Positions 62,319-64,000 of a stretch of DNA of 64,000 nt are shown here, one piece after another. A program made the position numbers and the translations under genes. Within the stretch, counting starts at the first letter, position 1; every line of letters begins with the position of its first letter. The DNA comes from an uncultured bacterium. Its GTDB lineage: Bacteria > Fidelibacterota > Marinisomatia > Marinisomatales > UBA1611. The stretch is taken from NCBI GenBank assembly GCA_965660855.1, contig CBFIBM010000002.1, positions 64,973 to 128,972 of the forward strand, given 5' to 3'. Under the pieces are notes generated by a model. It was not told the DNA's origin. It did no database searches and was given only the letters and a program-made list of their open reading frames with translations.

Positions 62319-63506
62319 TTATTCTTCATTTTCATTATTATCTAAGAATTTTTTCATAGCGTCTAAACTATCCTCAGTTTTTTCATCTTCTAATTCTTCT
62401 TGATCTTTTCTTTCTAGAATATTGTCATCATCGGATTTCATTTTAAAAATAATGAACATAATTGCTTGGCCAACGGAAAAAACAGTAATTAAGTACGAGA
62501 AAATTGAAAGGCCAATTAGAAAATAAAAAATAGCTAAGATAAGTCCAGAGAAAGAGGTAGAACTAATTTCTGGATTAATTAAATTTATATTTTCAAAAAT
62601 TGGGAATAATAGAAAGGAACTCAATTCTAAGGAAAAGTTGAAGTTAAATTGACTAATTAATTCTATTAATAAGGGCGGAGAGACAAAATTAATAGCATAA
62701 TTAGAACTATTTAAGAAAACATTACCTAGAGTGAGTTTATGACCAAAAATAAAAATAATAAAGCCAAGACTATTTAACCAGAACCAAGAAAAAACTGAAA
62801 AACTAAATAAAATAATTGGAAAAAGAATAGAATTGTAAATTAATAATCTCCATGGTTGCGACCATGTTATTGAGTATGCTTGGAAGACAACACCCATTGT
62901 ATCTTCTTCGTAAAGAGATACTATCGACGGAGAAAGGTTTATTGATGTGGATAATACAAATATTGAATAAATAGTAAAAAGTGATCCAAAAAAATATACA
63001 GGGAAAGGTAAGGAGATAAATAGATGACCAATATATGGAATAGAACCTAGAAGACCAAAAATCCATGCAAAAAAGATAAACAAAATTATTATAAACAATA
63101 TTACAATGGGAGGGAAAGTAATCGATTTCCAATTATGTTTCACATAATTCCATGAATCTGTAGTAGAATAAAATTCATTACCTTTTAGTTGCTTTAATGT
63201 GATTCTATTGACTGCTGCACTCGCAAGAAAATTTGATAAAAACCATAGAAATATACCTGAATAAAAAAAGATATAAGAAAGAAAAGATAGCTTATAACCT
63301 TGAATTGATGGGTATAATCCATGTAAAGTGAGTGCCTCATTAAAAGAGGTACCAGAAATTAATATTGAAGTGTATGTCAGTAACCAATATGAAGCATAGC
63401 CAAAAAGATTAGCTATTAGGAATACCCATATTTTTTTTCCACTTAATGCGATTCGAGGGGATTTGAATAGATCTTTGTAATTATATGATAGTTTATATGG
63501 TATCAT
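62319..63506 (-). CDS. Hypothetical multi-pass membrane protein
   Basis: 395-aa ORF with several hydrophobic segments and acidic C-tail; no family recognised. Confidence 0.65.
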   Translation of the reverse strand: MIPYKLSYNYKDLFKSPRIALSGKKIWVFLIANLFGYASYWLLTYTSILISGTSFNEALTLHGLYPSIQGYKLSFLSYIFFYSGIFLWFLSNFLASAAVNRITLKQLKGNEFYSTTDSWNYVKHNWKSITFPPIVILFIIILFIFFAWIFGLLGSIPYIGHLFISLPFPVYFFGSLFTIYSIFVLSTSINLSPSIVSLYEEDTMGVVFQAYSITWSQPWRLLIYNSILFPIILFSFSVFSWFWLNSLGFIIFIFGHKLTLGNVFLNSSNYAINFVSPPLLIELISQFNFNFSLELSSFLLFPIFENINLINPEISSTSFSGLILAIFYFLIGLSIFSYLITVFSVGQAIMFIIFKMKSDDDNILERKDQEELEDEKTEDSLDAMKKFLDNNENEE

Positions 63507-63528
63507 GAATTATATATTTTTCGACATA

Positions 63529-63999
63529 TTATTGTTCCTTCCTAACAAAATCCACCCATGCAGTCATACCTAGGTCTTTTGATAATGCGTTTGCTGCTAT
63601 TTTAGCAGAATTATGATTATCATAACTTCCTATTCTAACTCGATAAAATGTTTCATTCGATTTAAAAATTACCTTTTGAATGTAGGCATCATATCCTTTT
63701 TTTATGAGCTCTTGAGAAAACAACTGAGCGTCTTTTAGCATTTTTTTTGATGTAATTTGGATTGTATATCTATCGGTTCTTTCAGATATATTTGAATTCC
63801 TAGATGGAACTTTTCTTCTATTTAAAACCTTAGCCTTTTTGTTAGAAGAAGTTTTATTTTTTAAATTTCCTTTAGAATTACTTTTTTCAAGATTTTTATT
63901 AGAAGTTTTTTCGATTTCTATTTCCGGATCTTCTATCTCTGGATCTTCTATCTCTGGATCTTCTATCTCTGGATCTTCTATCTCTGGATCTTCTATCTC
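63529..63999 (-). CDS. SPOR-domain (peptidoglycan-binding) protein, 3' part; start outside the window
   Basis: Frame is open from 63999; YTIQITS...A..F..EL.KKGYDAYI...YRVRIGSY...A SPOR pattern preceded by a low-complexity linker. Confidence 0.85.
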   Translation of the reverse strand, partial: EIEDPEIEDPEIEDPEIEDPEIEDPEIEIEKTSNKNLEKSNSKGNLKNKTSSNKKAKVLNRRKVPSRNSNISERTDRYTIQITSKKMLKDAQLFSQELIKKGYDAYIQKVIFKSNETFYRVRIGSYDNHNSAKIAANALSKDLGMTAWVDFVRKEQ

Positions 64000-64000
64000 T
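63926..64000. repeat. Perfect 15-bp tandem repeat GGATCTTCTATCTCT, at least 5 copies, running off the window
   Basis: Five identical units at 63926-64000; encodes (EIEDP)n on the minus strand. Confidence 0.97.

Noticed and set aside
3695..63132. The many short (60-125 aa) ORF-track entries nested in or antisense to long genes (e.g. 3695-3922, 5634-5951, 20501-20770, 33320-33697, 57440-57646, 58594-58794)
   Set aside because: Shadow ORFs of well-supported genes with no motifs or RBS evidence
63926..64000. Repeat array as CRISPR
   Set aside because: 15-bp units are contiguous without spacers, in frame within a CDS, and no cas genes are present

Overview
AT-rich (roughly 30% GC by eye), densely packed bacterial chromosome segment with about 57 protein-coding genes, many overlapping or abutting. 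I saw no rRNA, tRNA, CRISPR array, prophage or IS element. Gene content (T9SS-type C-terminal sorting domain with FlgD-Ig, type 2 IleRS in ileS-dksA-lspA-rluD, archaeal-type PGI/PMI, DUF151) suggests a streamlined FCB-superphylum marine bacterium, most plausibly Ca. Marinimicrobia (inference, not proven). Most genes are housekeeping or metabolic. Highlights: (1) a SAM-II riboswitch with terminator and possible antiterminator heading a complete methyl-cycle cluster metH - atypical MTHFR - metK - ahcY, where the MTHFR resembles the flavin-independent mycobacterial type; (2) IleRS with non-canonical GVHH/DMHKS motifs; (3) a 1257-aa secreted protein with three split FN3 modules enclosing passenger domains and Arg motifs, plus dockerin, cohesin-like and T9SS CTD domains; (4) an uncharacterised, translationally coupled 1041-aa lipoprotein + FadL/PorV-like beta-barrel pair, the best candidate for an undescribed system; (5) a fab cluster lacking plsX; (6) two genes missed by the ORF track (rpmF and a putative 44-aa membrane peptide); (7) a perfect 15-bp coding tandem repeat at the right edge. 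All family calls come from motif recognition, not database searches.
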